A stretch of 64,000 bases of DNA, taken from NCBI GenBank assembly GCA_051294905.1, contig CM119371.1, positions 1 through 64,000 on the forward strand, read 5' to 3'. Positions 1-14,765 of the stretch are shown one piece after another. The position numbers and the translations under genes are program-made. How positions within the stretch are numbered: the stretch's first letter is position 1; the number at the start of each line of letters is the position of its first letter. Under the pieces are notes generated by a model. The model was given only the letters and a program-made list of their open reading frames with translations, ran no database searches and was not told where the DNA came from. Source of the stretch: Botryllus schlosseri (taxonomy: Eukaryota).

Positions 1-44
1 CTGCTAATGATATATACGTCATAATAGATCGTATTGACCCGATG

Positions 45-975
45 AACTGGTACATGATTTCAATGATTATTAAAAATATTTTTAATAATATTGTTTATGA
101 ATTCGTTTGAATACGTTCACTGTTATAATCTATATGATTTCAATGATTAGTAAAAATAATTGAAATAAATCTCACAAAGTAATAATATAAAATTTGGCTA
201 ATATTGTGAATATCTAACAATCGTGAAAATAGCAAGTATCTCATGTTGATGAAAAAAACAGCCCACGTTGTTAGAGAACCAAAACATGATTTTAATATGT
301 TTTAAATATTCCATTTTTTAAAAATATTAATACATTGGTTCTAACTTTGGAATAATAATTATTATATTGTTTTCATTATTCATTGAAATCATTGTCGCTT
401 ATAACGGTGAACATCTTTTTAATAATATTGTTGCTTTGTAAATATCTTATTGATTTTAGTTAAATTATCGATTATCTTGTGTTGTTGATGAATTAGTTTG
501 TACAAAAGACGTTCACTGTTATAATCTACATGATTTGAATTTTAATAAAACAATTTTCGGTTTATTCGCAATCATATGCTCATGTATGCGAAACTGGTAT
601 TGCTTTTACATCGCAAATTTAAAAAGGGATTCTAATATCGAGAAAGTGTGCCAGGATCTCAAGGGAGCTCTATGCGTTGTTCTGAACGATTAGTAAATGT
701 CGAGAAAGTATGTCAGGATCTCAAGGGAGCTCTACGCGTTGTTTTGTTGTGAATATGTTATCATTGCGAAATTAGCAATTATCTCGTGTTGTTGATGAAA
801 ATATTCAGCTTACGTTGTTATAAGCACCACAACATGATTTAAATATGTTTAAAATATTCCATTTTTTAAATAATATTACTTTGGTTCTAACTTTGGAATA
901 ATAATAATTATTATTAATAATATTTTTTCATTATTCATTGAAGTCATTGTAGCTTATAACGGTGAACATCTTTTG
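45..975. repeat. Degenerate AT-rich repeat modules in both orientations plus a 62-bp-period tandem duplication (639-743); mirrored at about 12990-13920
   Basis: GTTCACTGTTATAATCTA..ATGATTT occurs near 115, 510 and 1800, with its reverse complement (..TTATAACGGTGAAC) near 400 and 955. CGAGAAAGT..CAGGATCTCAAGGGAGCTCTA occurs at 639 and 701. Confidence 0.8.
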
Positions 976-3900
976 TACAGCAAGCTCCAAGTTTAATTAG
1001 AATTAGAGCAACACAAAATTCCAACACCTCGCAACTCTCATGAAAGTGCATCGTATCATTACACAATATTAAACTTCATTCAATAATCAACATTTCATTG
1101 TGACGTCATAAATTCGTATTTTAAATTCTTTGTGATGAGATGAGATTGTTTGATATGCAAGTCGCGCATGAAGCAGATCTGTCCACCCTGTACTATAGTA
1201 ATGTGTTAAATGTGTACTCAAATGTATATTGTGAATAAGACCAGTTACGCTCCAGCTACCGTGTTTGTTAACCCATTGTGAAATGTCTGACGCCATATCT
1301 TCACCGTCACACTTATACTCAACGCGAACGCTATATTGAAGCTTAATTTCTTTATGTAGTACGTGCAAACATATGATGTGTCTCTCTCAATTTACTTTCA
1401 AAATTCATATGATACAACAGCATGGACTCTGAATGCCACTTGCAACATATGTATATGTATTTGTATGATAATATTAGAAACAGCTGGCCTCTATAGGGAA
1501 TTAACTGAATACATTCATTGCCGATGGATAGTGTCGCAGTACCTTACCGTATGCACTACAAAACGCTATCATTTTACAGTATTAATGAGACACAAACCAA
1601 AGTAAAATTATCAAAAAATTGACTAATATTATGAATATCTTATGATTTTGAGTTAAATTAGCCATTTTCTTGTGTTGTTATTGTTTCACTATCACTGATT
1701 ATTCTAATAATATTGTTGCTTTGTGAATATCGTATCAATTTTTTGTTAAATTATCAATTATCTTGTGTTGTTGATGAAAATAATTCGCTTGTATAAAATA
1801 CGTTCACTAATATAATCTACAGGATTTCAATGATTATTAAAAAATAAGCTAATGCAAGTTTCCAGAATGCTGATGCTGGCTATGCTATTGGAGCCTTTTC
1901 AAATAGAATACGCAGTACGATTATCGATGGTGGATGCAAAACAATCCTAATTCTCAACAAATTTTAATTGTCTCGGAATCATACCTATTGCGATATCAAC
2001 TCTCCGCATTTTGTTGTATTTAGGGCTATTGCACAAGCTATCTCCAATATGCTGCAATATAGACTGGTTCAAACTTGTCTAGGGTATTCACTTCCCGTCA
2101 ACTAGTTTTTCAAGACGCATTAATAAGCGCGCGTATTTAATTACCTAATCGTTGGATGAATATTCCTGGCAGGCATAGATGTCCCCAGGGAACCGAGCTA
2201 ACTTCGCTTCTATTCTTTTTACATTGTTTGCAAAGCACGGGTATTTTGTGATTCCATTAGACTTCAATGGTTCTAGAATACTAAATTAATGAGAGTTGAA
2301 TAAACCGTCAATTAATTTAGCATAAAGCATATGATATTCATATTACTTAGAGCTTACGTCGTTGAACAACCCTGATATGATCATACGGCGAAAGTATAGC
2401 CCTAAATAGCGGTAATATCTCCTAAGTATAAAAATACCGTACCATTGCAAATTTATCTCTAAACAGAATGATCTGTAGCCTGTCGCATTCGAATTACTGA
2501 GCAGAATTGACATAGAACTATTAAGCAAAGCTGAAACATCTTCACTTCAGTTATCATTCCCTTGAGACTACTAGTTATAGCAGAGGCAGACAAACTGTGA
2601 TTTGCGGTTGTAGCACTTCAATGAGTTCATGTGCGTTTCGCCATTTTGTTAAAGAAGTTTAACCTGATTATATATTAATGCATTTATAGCGTATTAGCAA
2701 TATGCGAATGGTGGCTGTGGCGCTACAGGGTTCAAAATTAGCAATTGAACTCTCGAATTGAACCTGATCATCAATCAATGACAAATCATTGTGCTCAACG
2801 CTATTTTTATGTGGTTCACTGATTCACAACTTTTACTGATCCACAAAGCACTTACGTTAGTCTTAAAACCCTCGCTGAACCACAAATTTTCGCTGAGTCA
2901 TAAAACAAAAAATCTGGCAAAATATACATTCAACTACACATCTAATACTTTACTATAGTACAGGGGTGGGCAGAGCTGCTTCATGCGCGAGTCGCATATC
3001 AAAAATCTTATCTTTAAAAGAACCACAACACAAAAATCCAACATATGGATTTATGACGTCACAAGGAAATGTAGGCTATCGAATGAAATTTATTATTGTG
3101 TGATGATAGGATGCGCAATTGTGCATACACGAGGGTTCTAATTCCAATCTAGTTTGGAAAAACTATGTAGCTCTAAGTCAAATTCTAATCTAGTTCTATT
3201 CAACCTGTTTCAGTTACACACGCTTTTCAGAGACACTGCGAGCTTCACGGATTTTTAAATTTTCAAAATTAGGATTGATCGATAAATATGATACTATTTA
3301 TCACTTGTATAAATATCACTGTGATATCAATCCAAGCTTATGCGGCTTTGTAATAATTGGTTGTTTAGCAAAATCAATATTATGCTCAAATTATATCAGA
3401 TATCGCATTGAATATAGCTAATCAAATTGTTATTACATATTAGTAGCTGCAGTCGGATTTCAACATAACGACCAATTTCGATGCACATGCTACGTTTTCG
3501 AAACGACTACATTATCCTATTCGATAGCTGGAGATATCAGTATTGTCTTCTAATGACTCGAGTCATTACAATCCTGCTAATGGATTTCTAATTTAAACTT
3601 TGACTTGGACTTATCGATCAAGTAGGTAGTGGGGGTACCTGGTTTTGTTACCAGCCTCGAGGCTATATTCTTTGGCAGCGATGAGGCTATTTATGTTCAT
3701 CGCTCAGCACTTGACTATGGTGATGTGTATTTAGCACTATGTATTGATAATTACTTGCTTCCGAGAAATAAATAACATTCATTATACGTTAGATGATACT
3801 TTCCACAGATATTCTATTATGTGTTTTGAGACTACGGCGAGTTGATAATATTAATGCGTACACTTTCAAGAAATAAGGACGTTGCTAACATTCAGATTTT

Positions 3901-4319
3901 GCGTAAATTTCGCGTGATCAACTATGTACGATTTTTGTGTATTTCAGACTATGTATGTTCATTGTTCATGTTCACGAAGACTGCGGTATCGCATGGATAA
4001 ATGCATCATCACTAATAAATTACTTGAATGCGACTCGATAACATTTATCCCTTGTAACGTACTCAAACATGATTTTAGGTGTATTTAGGACTATTTATGT
4101 TCCTGAGATCTTTGATAGCGCAATGATTCGGTATGATTTCTATATTATTCCACTCTCGTTATTGGACTGCGGTGTGACGCTGAGCCTATCTCGATGCCCG
4201 GGCTTCCGCATTAACTTTTTTCGATTTCTTCTGCCTTATGTAGATTTAACATAAGGAAAGTTATTTCACTCATAAAATTTGAAATACGTATTTGCTCGAG
4301 TTAAAGCCATAACGCTTGG

Positions 4320-5013
4320 AGTGAAATTTACGAGGTTTTCGTTAATATTCAACTGGGCTAATTTCGAAATGTAAATTGAAAAACTCAAATATCGCATAGT
4401 AGGACTTCGCAAATTTTCGATATATTTTTGCTATTTTTTCATGGTGACAAGTCATTCGGAACGGTGAAATGCATTATAGGAAATAGATGAAACTGGTTCA
4501 ATTCATCAAGACCCCTGATAAAAGTACATTGGATTTCAACATTTTATTAGCAGGTAATCGAAATACCACAAACTGGGCTAACCTTCGGAGTTGTTAAGTA
4601 AAGAAGTACTCGTACTTCTTCGGAGTACCCAATACTCTCAAGTCCTTATTATATTGGAGTGCTTCAACTTCATGATAGTTATAGTATTAAGCAGAAATAT
4701 ACCTGGAGTACTAATGTTTTACTTACTCGGAAATGACTACTTCTGTCTTATTTTAAAGGATTCCTCGCTCGACGCGAAATTTTATTAGGTTTTGAATAAT
4801 ATCCAACATGTAGGTTCACTTTGAAGGGTACTTCGTAAAACTCAAATATTGTACAGTGAGAGTTCGCAAATTCTCGATGTATTTTTTGGTATTTTAATTG
4901 CGGTAAGTCATTCTGCAGCGCGAAAATGCATCGTAGGATATAGATGAAACTGACACCGCTCACCAAGACCACTGGACCACTGAAAAAAGTACATTTCAAT
5001 ATTTTAGTAGCAG
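4320..5013. repeat. Diverged direct duplication (~4320-4555 and ~4775-5013), mirrored in the right arm
   Basis: Shared blocks AAAACTCAAATAT, TTCGCAAATT, AAGTCATTC, ATAGATGAAACTG and AAAAGTACATT occur in the same order. Confidence 0.8.
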
Positions 5014-6169
5014 TAAATTCCTAGTAAAGTATAAGAAGTGATGATTTCCGAGTGAGTTAAAAAGTAAGTATTGAAGGTATAGTTTGGTCGAAAACCGAAA
5101 ACTCTGAAATAGAAGTAGATGCAGTGTAAAAAGTTAATCACTTGATTAAGTATAGCGCAAGCGGAACAAACCTATACTTGAGTACTCCAAAATGTACAAG
5201 TACTTCGCTATGGACTCCCTCCACGTAAAAAGTGACTAGGTTTTAGACTACTTTATCGGTACTTGACAGTTTCAGTTTTAGACAAAATTTGGAATAAAAA
5301 CTAGCTCATTCACTCACTTGGAAATCTCTTCTTTAACCTGTACTTGAGCGTAGCAAGTAAATCTCATTTATTATTAATTCTACACGTACACTTGACCATA
5401 TTTTATGACTTACATAATTACTTTTCACTATATTTGAAGTCAAGTCTGTCAAATATCAGTATATGTTACGATGAGCTTATATTCGTTCTGTTTGATCATC
5501 TTGACTAACGATATTCACGCGGCGAGCTCTCCAGTGATAGCCTTGGGACTTGGAACAGTGTTATATGACATCATAGCGACACGAGGTTACGACAGTTTAG
5601 AATTAGCTACCTTACGACACCAAATTTCGTTAGTTCATCTCCACCTTCAAATATTGTGTTATAAAAATATTGTGTATACGCAACAAATACATATATGGCT
5701 TTGTTGTTGCAATCTTCAGAAAAAGTACTTCCCTCAGTAAGCAATTTCTCGTAGGCTATGCATATGCATACAAACGAGGACAGTTACATCAATGAGTGGT
5801 ACCTTGTTGTATTAAGTAGCTAGTAATTAGTGCATGTAAGTCCGCAGCTACTGTTCAAGACCTTTTCCGCGTTTTTGCCAAGCATCCTCGTAAGGACAGA
5901 CAGTCCCAATCAGCTAATGTAAGTGTGTGTGTGTAGGCCTATGTATGTATGAGGGGTCTTATGCCGGTTGACGAATGAAGTTGGTCGTCTATTCTATTCC
6001 GAAATAATCAAGTTAGTGGTTTTTAACAGGACCTGACCTCATAGAAACGTCAGTAGAATAACTTATAACTCCTCATGTTTACTCAAGTAAATCTAATTTG
6101 ATAATCATGTACTGAATCTTAATTTTCAAACGAGTTCAAATTTAACTCTAACTTATGAGATTAAATATA

Positions 6170-6870
6170 ATAACTTTTCACGTTGCAGCGTATTTTACAG
6201 CATGAGCCAAGTGATTTCATAATTAACACAAGATAATTAAATGAATTTCTAGAGGATTTTAAGATATTCGTGTCATCCTCCTTCGTATATCATAAAAGAA
6301 TACCTACTTCAGTCGATTTGTAATTATTTGCGCTGTGTTTGATCAACTCAATCATGTTGCAGTGTTTTAATAACGAAACTCTTTTACAGCATAAACCAAA
6401 TAATTTCATAATAAACACAAGCTAATTGAATGAATTTACTCAAATGTAGTATGCCGCGCTGATAAGATTAATTATAATATACTTATCGTGCTACAGTGAT
6501 TTTCAATAACGAAACTCTTTTACAGCACAAGCTAAGTAATTTCATAATAAGCATAAAATACCCGGTGTCCTTCATTTGTACTTATTTGCAGTCGATATTG
6601 TTTATATCCAATTCAGTCTTAGTTTGGTTATTGAGCTCATAAGGATTTTCACTTCATCATGATCCGTAAGTACTAATTGATGATACATCCTCTTTTCAGC
6701 TTGAAGATGTGAACTATAAAATGTTGTATACCGCGCTGATGAGATTAATTATAACATACTTATCATGTTACAGTGGTTTTTCAATAACTAAACTCATTTA
6801 CAGCATAAGCAGAGTAATTTCATAATAAACATAAAATACCTGCTGTCGATGATTTGTACTAATTTGTGGC
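6170..6870. repeat. Degenerate tandem repeat next to the palindrome centre (4 partial units)
   Basis: TTTACAGCA....ATTTCATAAT recurs near 6195, 6385, 6520 and 6795. Confidence 0.8.
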
Positions 6871-9800
6871 GTGTACAATTAACTCAAGCAGCTCTAAAAC
6901 ATAGGAAGCAGGGCGATGGGTATTCGTAGAGTTGAATAAACATAAAAAATATTTCCGCGTCCTTCTAGGTTGTAGGGTTAGGAATAATTAGGTTTAGTAG
7001 GGCGCGGAAATATTTTTTATGTTTATTCAACTCTACGAATACCCATCGCCCTGCTTCCTATGTTTTAGAGCTGCTTGAGTTAATTGTACACGCCACAAAT
7101 TAGTACAAATCATCGACAGCAGGTATTTTATGTTTATTATGAAATTACTCTGCTTATGCTGTAAATGAGTTTAGTTATTGAAAAACCACTGTAACATGAT
7201 AAGTATGTTATAATTAATCTCATCAGCGCGGTATACAACATTTTATAGTTCACATCTTCAAGCTGAAAAGAGGATGTATCATCAATTAGTACTTACGGAT
7301 CATGATGAAGTGAAAATCCTTATGAGCTCAATAACCAAACTAAGACTGAATTGGATATAAACAATATCGACTGCAAATAAGTACAAATGAAGGACACCGG
7401 GTATTTTATGCTTATTATGAAATTACTTAGCTTGTGCTGTAAAAGAGTTTCGTTATTGAAAATCACTGTAGCACGATAAGTATATTATAATTAATCTTAT
7501 CAGCGCGGCATACTACATTTGAGTAAATTCATTCAATTAGCTTGTGTTTATTATGAAATTATTTGGTTTATGCTGTAAAAGAGTTTCGTTATTAAAACAC
7601 TGCAACATGATTGAGTTGATCAAACACAGCGCAAATAATTACAAATCGACTGAAGTAGGTATTCTTTTATGATATACGAAGGAGGATGACACGAATATCT
7701 TAAAATCCTCTAGAAATTCATTTAATTATCTTGTGTTAATTATGAAATCACTTGGCTCATGCTGTAAAATACGCTGCAACGTGAAAAGTTATTATATTTA
7801 ATCTCATAAGTTAGAGTTAAATTTGAACTCGTTTGAAAATTAAGATTCAGTACATGATTATCAAATTAGATTTACTTGAGTAAACATGAGGAGTTATAAG
7901 TTATTCTACTGACGTTTCTATGAGGTCAGGTCCTGTTAAAAACCACTAACTTGATTATTTCGGAATAGAATAGACGACCAACTTCATTCGTCAACCGGCA
8001 TAAGACCCCTCATACATACATAGGCCTACACACACACACTTACATTAGCTGATTGGGACTGTCTGTCCTTACGAGGATGCTTGGCAAAAACGCGGAAAAG
8101 GTCTTGAACAGTAGCTGCGGACTTACATGCACTAATTACTAGCTACTTAATACAACAAGGTACCACTCATTGATGTAACTGTCCTCGTTTGTATGCATAT
8201 GCATAGCCTACGAGAAATTGCTTACTGAGGGAAGTACTTTTTCTGAAGATTGCAACAACAAAGCCATATATGTATTTGTTGCGTATACACAATATTTTTA
8301 TAACACAATATTTGAAGGTGGAGATGAACTAACGAAATTTGGTGTCGTAAGGTAGCTAATTCTAAACTGTCGTAACCTCGTGTCGCTATGATGTCATATA
8401 ACACTGTTCCAAGTCCCAAGGCTATCACTGGAGAGCTCGCCGCGTGAATATCGTTAGTCAAGATGATCAAACAGAACGAATATAAGCTCATCGTAACATA
8501 TACTGATATTTGACAGACTTGACTTCAAATATAGTGAAAAGTAATTATGTAAGTCATAAAATATGGTCAAGTGTACGTGTAGAATTAATAATAAATGAGA
8601 TTTACTTGCTACGCTCAAGTACAGGTTAAAGAAGAGATTTCCAAGTGAGTGAATGAGCTAGTTTTTATTCCAAATTTTGTCTAAAACTGAAACTGTCAAG
8701 TACCGATAAAGTAGTCTAAAACCTAGTCACTTTTTACGTGGAGGGAGTCCATAGCGAAGTACTTGTACATTTTGGAGTACTCAAGTATAGGTTTGTTCCG
8801 CTTGCGCTATACTTAATCAAGTGATTAACTTTTTACACTGCATCTACTTCTATTTCAGAGTTTTCGGTTTTCGACCAAACTATACCTTCAATACTTACTT
8901 TTTAACTCACTCGGAAATCATCACTTCTTATACTTTACTAGGAATTTACTGCTACTAAAATATTGAAATGTACTTTTTTCAGTGGTCCAGTGGTCTTGGT
9001 GAGCGGTGTCAGTTTCATCTATATCCTACGATGCATTTTCGCGCTGCAGAATGACTTACCGCAATTAAAATACCAAAAAATACATCGAGAATTTGCGAAC
9101 TCTCACTGTACAATATTTGAGTTTTACGAAGTACCCTTCAAAGTGAACCTACATGTTGGATATTATTCAAAACCTAATAAAATTTCGCGTCGAGCGAGGA
9201 ATCCTTTAAAATAAGACAGAAGTAGTCATTTCCGAGTAAGTAAAACATTAGTACTCCAGGTATATTTCTGCTTAATACTATAACTATCATGAAGTTGAAG
9301 CACTCCAATATAATAAGGACTTGAGAGTATTGGGTACTCCGAAGAAGTACGAGTACTTCTTTACTTAACAACTCCGAAGGTTAGCCCAGTTTGTGGTATT
9401 TCGATTACCTGCTAATAAAATGTTGAAATCCAATGTACTTTTATCAGGGGTCTTGATGAATTGAACCAGTTTCATCTATTTCCTATAATGCATTTCACCG
9501 TTCCGAATGACTTGTCACCATGAAAAAATAGCAAAAATATATCGAAAATTTGCGAAGTCCTACTATGCGATATTTGAGTTTTTCAATTTACATTTCGAAA
9601 TTAGCCCAGTTGAATATTAACGAAAACCTCGTAAATTTCACTCCAAGCGTTATGGCTTTAACTCGAGCAAATACGTATTTCAAATTTTATGAGTGAAATA
9701 ACTTTCCTTATGTTAAATCTACATAAGGCAGAAGAAATCGAAAAAAGTTAATGCGGAAGCCCGGGCATCGAGATAGGCTCAGCGTCACACCGCAGTCCAA

Positions 9801-12800
9801 TAACGAGAGTGGAATAATATAGAAATCATACCGAATCATTGCGCTATCAAAGATCTCAGGAACATAAATAGTCCTAAATACACCTAAAATCATGTTTGAG
9901 TACGTTACAAGGGATAAATGTTATCGAGTCGCATTCAAGTAATTTATTAGTGATGATGCATTTATCCATGCGATACCGCAGTCTTCGTGAACATGAACAA
10001 TGAACATACATAGTCTGAAATACACAAAAATCGTACATAGTTGATCACGCGAAATTTACGCAAAATCTGAATGTTAGCAACGTCCTTATTTCTTGAAAGT
10101 GTACGCATTAATATTATCAACTCGCCGTAGTCTCAAAACACATAATAGAATATCTGTGGAAAGTATCATCTAACGTATAATGAATGTTATTTATTTCTCG
10201 GAAGCAAGTAATTATCAATACATAGTGCTAAATACACATCACCATAGTCAAGTGCTGAGCGATGAACATAAATAGCCTCATCGCTGCCAAAGAATATAGC
10301 CTCGAGGCTGGTAACAAAACCAGGTACCCCCACTACCTACTTGATCGATAAGTCCAAGTCAAAGTTTAAATTAGAAATCCATTAGCAGGATTGTAATGAC
10401 TCGAGTCATTAGAAGACAATACTGATATCTCCAGCTATCGAATAGGATAATGTAGTCGTTTCGAAAACGTAGCATGTGCATCGAAATTGGTCGTTATGTT
10501 GAAATCCGACTGCAGCTACTAATATGTAATAACAATTTGATTAGCTATATTCAATGCGATATCTGATATAATTTGAGCATAATATTGATTTTGCTAAACA
10601 ACCAATTATTACAAAGCCGCATAAGCTTGGATTGATATCACAGTGATATTTATACAAGTGATAAATAGTATCATATTTATCGATCAATCCTAATTTTGAA
10701 AATTTAAAAATCCGTGAAGCTCGCAGTGTCTCTGAAAAGCGTGTGTAACTGAAACAGGTTGAATAGAACTAGATTAGAATTTGACTTAGAGCTACATAGT
10801 TTTTCCAAACTAGATTGGAATTAGAACCCTCGTGTATGCACAATTGCGCATCCTATCATCACACAATAATAAATTTCATTCGATAGCCTACATTTCCTTG
10901 TGACGTCATAAATCCATATGTTGGATTTTTGTGTTGTGGTTCTTTTAAAGATAAGATTTTTGATATGCGACTCGCGCATGAAGCAGCTCTGCCCACCCCT
11001 GTACTATAGTAAAGTATTAGATGTGTAGTTGAATGTATATTTTGCCAGATTTTTTGTTTTATGACTCAGCGAAAATTTGTGGTTCAGCGAGGGTTTTAAG
11101 ACTAACGTAAGTGCTTTGTGGATCAGTAAAAGTTGTGAATCAGTGAACCACATAAAAATAGCGTTGAGCACAATGATTTGTCATTGATTGATGATCAGGT
11201 TCAATTCGAGAGTTCAATTGCTAATTTTGAACCCTGTAGCGCCACAGCCACCATTCGCATATTGCTAATACGCTATAAATGCATTAATATATAATCAGGT
11301 TAAACTTCTTTAACAAAATGGCGAAACGCACATGAACTCATTGAAGTGCTACAACCGCAAATCACAGTTTGTCTGCCTCTGCTATAACTAGTAGTCTCAA
11401 GGGAATGATAACTGAAGTGAAGATGTTTCAGCTTTGCTTAATAGTTCTATGTCAATTCTGCTCAGTAATTCGAATGCGACAGGCTACAGATCATTCTGTT
11501 TAGAGATAAATTTGCAATGGTACGGTATTTTTATACTTAGGAGATATTACCGCTATTTAGGGCTATACTTTCGCCGTATGATCATATCAGGGTTGTTCAA
11601 CGACGTAAGCTCTAAGTAATATGAATATCATATGCTTTATGCTAAATTAATTGACGGTTTATTCAACTCTCATTAATTTAGTATTCTAGAACCATTGAAG
11701 TCTAATGGAATCACAAAATACCCGTGCTTTGCAAACAATGTAAAAAGAATAGAAGCGAAGTTAGCTCGGTTCCCTGGGGACATCTATGCCTGCCAGGAAT
11801 ATTCATCCAACGATTAGGTAATTAAATACGCGCGCTTATTAATGCGTCTTGAAAAACTAGTTGACGGGAAGTGAATACCCTAGACAAGTTTGAACCAGTC
11901 TATATTGCAGCATATTGGAGATAGCTTGTGCAATAGCCCTAAATACAACAAAATGCGGAGAGTTGATATCGCAATAGGTATGATTCCGAGACAATTAAAA
12001 TTTGTTGAGAATTAGGATTGTTTTGCATCCACCATCGATAATCGTACTGCGTATTCTATTTGAAAAGGCTCCAATAGCATAGCCAGCATCAGCATTCTGG
12101 AAACTTGCATTAGCTTATTTTTTAATAATCATTGAAATCCTGTAGATTATATTAGTGAACGTATTTTATACAAGCGAATTATTTTCATCAACAACACAAG
12201 ATAATTGATAATTTAACAAAAAATTGATACGATATTCACAAAGCAACAATATTATTAGAATAATCAGTGATAGTGAAACAATAACAACACAAGAAAATGG
12301 CTAATTTAACTCAAAATCATAAGATATTCATAATATTAGTCAATTTTTTGATAATTTTACTTTGGTTTGTGTCTCATTAATACTGTAAAATGATAGCGTT
12401 TTGTAGTGCATACGGTAAGGTACTGCGACACTATCCATCGGCAATGAATGTATTCAGTTAATTCCCTATAGAGGCCAGCTGTTTCTAATATTATCATACA
12501 AATACATATACATATGTTGCAAGTGGCATTCAGAGTCCATGCTGTTGTATCATATGAATTTTGAAAGTAAATTGAGAGAGACACATCATATGTTTGCACG
12601 TACTACATAAAGAAATTAAGCTTCAATATAGCGTTCGCGTTGAGTATAAGTGTGACGGTGAAGATATGGCGTCAGACATTTCACAATGGGTTAACAAACA
12701 CGGTAGCTGAACCGTAACTGGTCTTATTCACAATATACATTTGAGTACACATTTAACACATTACTATAGTACAGGGTGGACAGATCTGCTTCATGCGCGA

Positions 12801-14064
12801 CTTGCATATCAAACAATCTCATCTCATCACAAAGAATTTAAAATACGAATTTATGACGTCACAATGAAATGTTGATTATTGAATGAAGTTTAATATTGTG
12901 TAATGATACGATGCACTTTCATGAGAGTTGCGAGGTGTTGGAATTTTGTGTTGCTCTAATTCTAATTAAACTTGGAGCTTGCTGTACAAAAGATGTTCAC
13001 CGTTATAAGCTACAATGACTTCAATGAATAATGAAAAAATATTATTAATAATAATTATTATTATTCCAAAGTTAGAACCAAAGTAATATTATTTAAAAAA
13101 TGGAATATTTTAAACATATTTAAATCATGTTGTGGTGCTTATAACAACGTAAGCTGAATATTTTCATCAACAACACGAGATAATTGCTAATTTCGCAATG
13201 ATAACATATTCACAACAAAACAACGCGTAGAGCTCCCTTGAGATCCTGACATACTTTCTCGACATTTACTAATCGTTCAGAACAACGCATAGAGCTCCCT
13301 TGAGATCCTGGCACACTTTCTCGATATTAGAATCCCTTTTTAAATTTGCGATGTAAAAGCAATACCAGTTTCGCATACATGAGCATATGATTGCGAATAA
13401 ACCGAAAATTGTTTTATTAAAATTCAAATCATGTAGATTATAACAGTGAACGTCTTTTGTACAAACTAATTCATCAACAACACAAGATAATCGATAATTT
13501 AACTAAAATCAATAAGATATTTACAAAGCAACAATATTATTAAAAAGATGTTCACCGTTATAAGCGACAATGATTTCAATGAATAATGAAAACAATATAA
13601 TAATTATTATTCCAAAGTTAGAACCAATGTATTAATATTTTTAAAAAATGGAATATTTAAAACATATTAAAATCATGTTTTGGTTCTCTAACAACGTGGG
13701 CTGTTTTTTTCATCAACATGAGATACTTGCTATTTTCACGATTGTTAGATATTCACAATATTAGCCAAATTTTATATTATTACTTTGTGAGATTTATTTC
13801 AATTATTTTTACTAATCATTGAAATCATATAGATTATAACAGTGAACGTATTCAAACGAATTCATAAACAATATTATTAAAAATATTTTTAATAATCATT
13901 GAAATCATGTACCAGTTCATCGGGTCAATACGATCTATTATGACGTATATATCATTAGCAGTAATCTTTGACATATTCAATCTACAGCGTACAGCGAATA
14001 ATCATGTAATAAATATTACACGTTATATATTGCCTTGCACTTGCTTCAACTGCAATAACAAAGG

Positions 14065-14765
14065 CAATCAACGCAATATTGACGTAATCATATCTCAGCG
14101 TTACTAAAGTAATCAACTAGGCATATGATGTAATCATTACTGAACATGCTTCAACTGCAATACGCAATCATAATGACGTAAATATTTCTCAGTGTTATTG
14201 GACTGGAACTAGACGCAATCATGACGTAATCATATCTCAGCATTACTGGAACTAAACAATCACGCTCTCGAAATAACTAAAGTAATCAACTCCGCATATG
14301 ACGTAATCAATACTGTACGTGCTTTAACTGCAATACGCAATCATATTGAAGGTAATCAACCTACGTAATAATGACGATATAATATCTCAGCGTTACTGGA
14401 CTGGGACTATGACATCTCTCACACAACCAAAACCTCTCTCGTATTGGAACCACGCATATGACGTAATCATGAACATGAACAACTACACAATCATAATGAC
14501 GTAAATATTTCTCAGTGTTATTGGACTGGAACTAGACGCAATCATGACGTAATCATACCTCAGCATTACTGGAACTAAGCAAAGACGCTCTCGAAATAAC
14601 TAAAGTAATCAACTACGCATATGACGTAATCATGAACATGCTGCAATACGCAATCATATTGAAGGTAATCAACTTACGCAATGACGTAATAAATATCTCA
14701 GCGTTACTGGACTGGAACTATGGCATCTCTCGCACAACCAAAACCTCTCTCGTTTTGGAACCACA
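14065..14765. repeat. Subterminal tandem array (higher-order period about 323 bp) rich in TGACGTAA
   Basis: CAATCATAATGACGTAAATATTTCTCAGTGTTATTGGACTGGAACTAGACG occurs at 14165 and 14488. Nine exact TGACGTAA copies counted by eye. Confidence 0.9.

Larger units (their letters stand above)
1..13961. repeat. Giant near-perfect inverted repeat: arms 1-6959 and 7003-13961, 43-bp spacer 6960-7002; left arm cut by the window edge
   Basis: Position i pairs with 13962-i. Mirrored ORFs confirm this (5471..5740+/8222..8491-; 4069..4254+/9708..9893-). Window start CTGCTAATGA is the reverse complement of 13952-13961. The only differences I spotted are 1250/12712 and 1252/12710. Confidence 0.98.

Noticed and set aside
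6965..7002. True telomere or telomere fusion
   Set aside because: There is no real (TTAGGG)n array and no head-to-head strand switch, only a few degenerate units.
1087..12599. Mirrored ORF pairs in the palindrome as genes
   Set aside because: They are short, have no recognisable motifs, and are duplicated only because of the symmetry.
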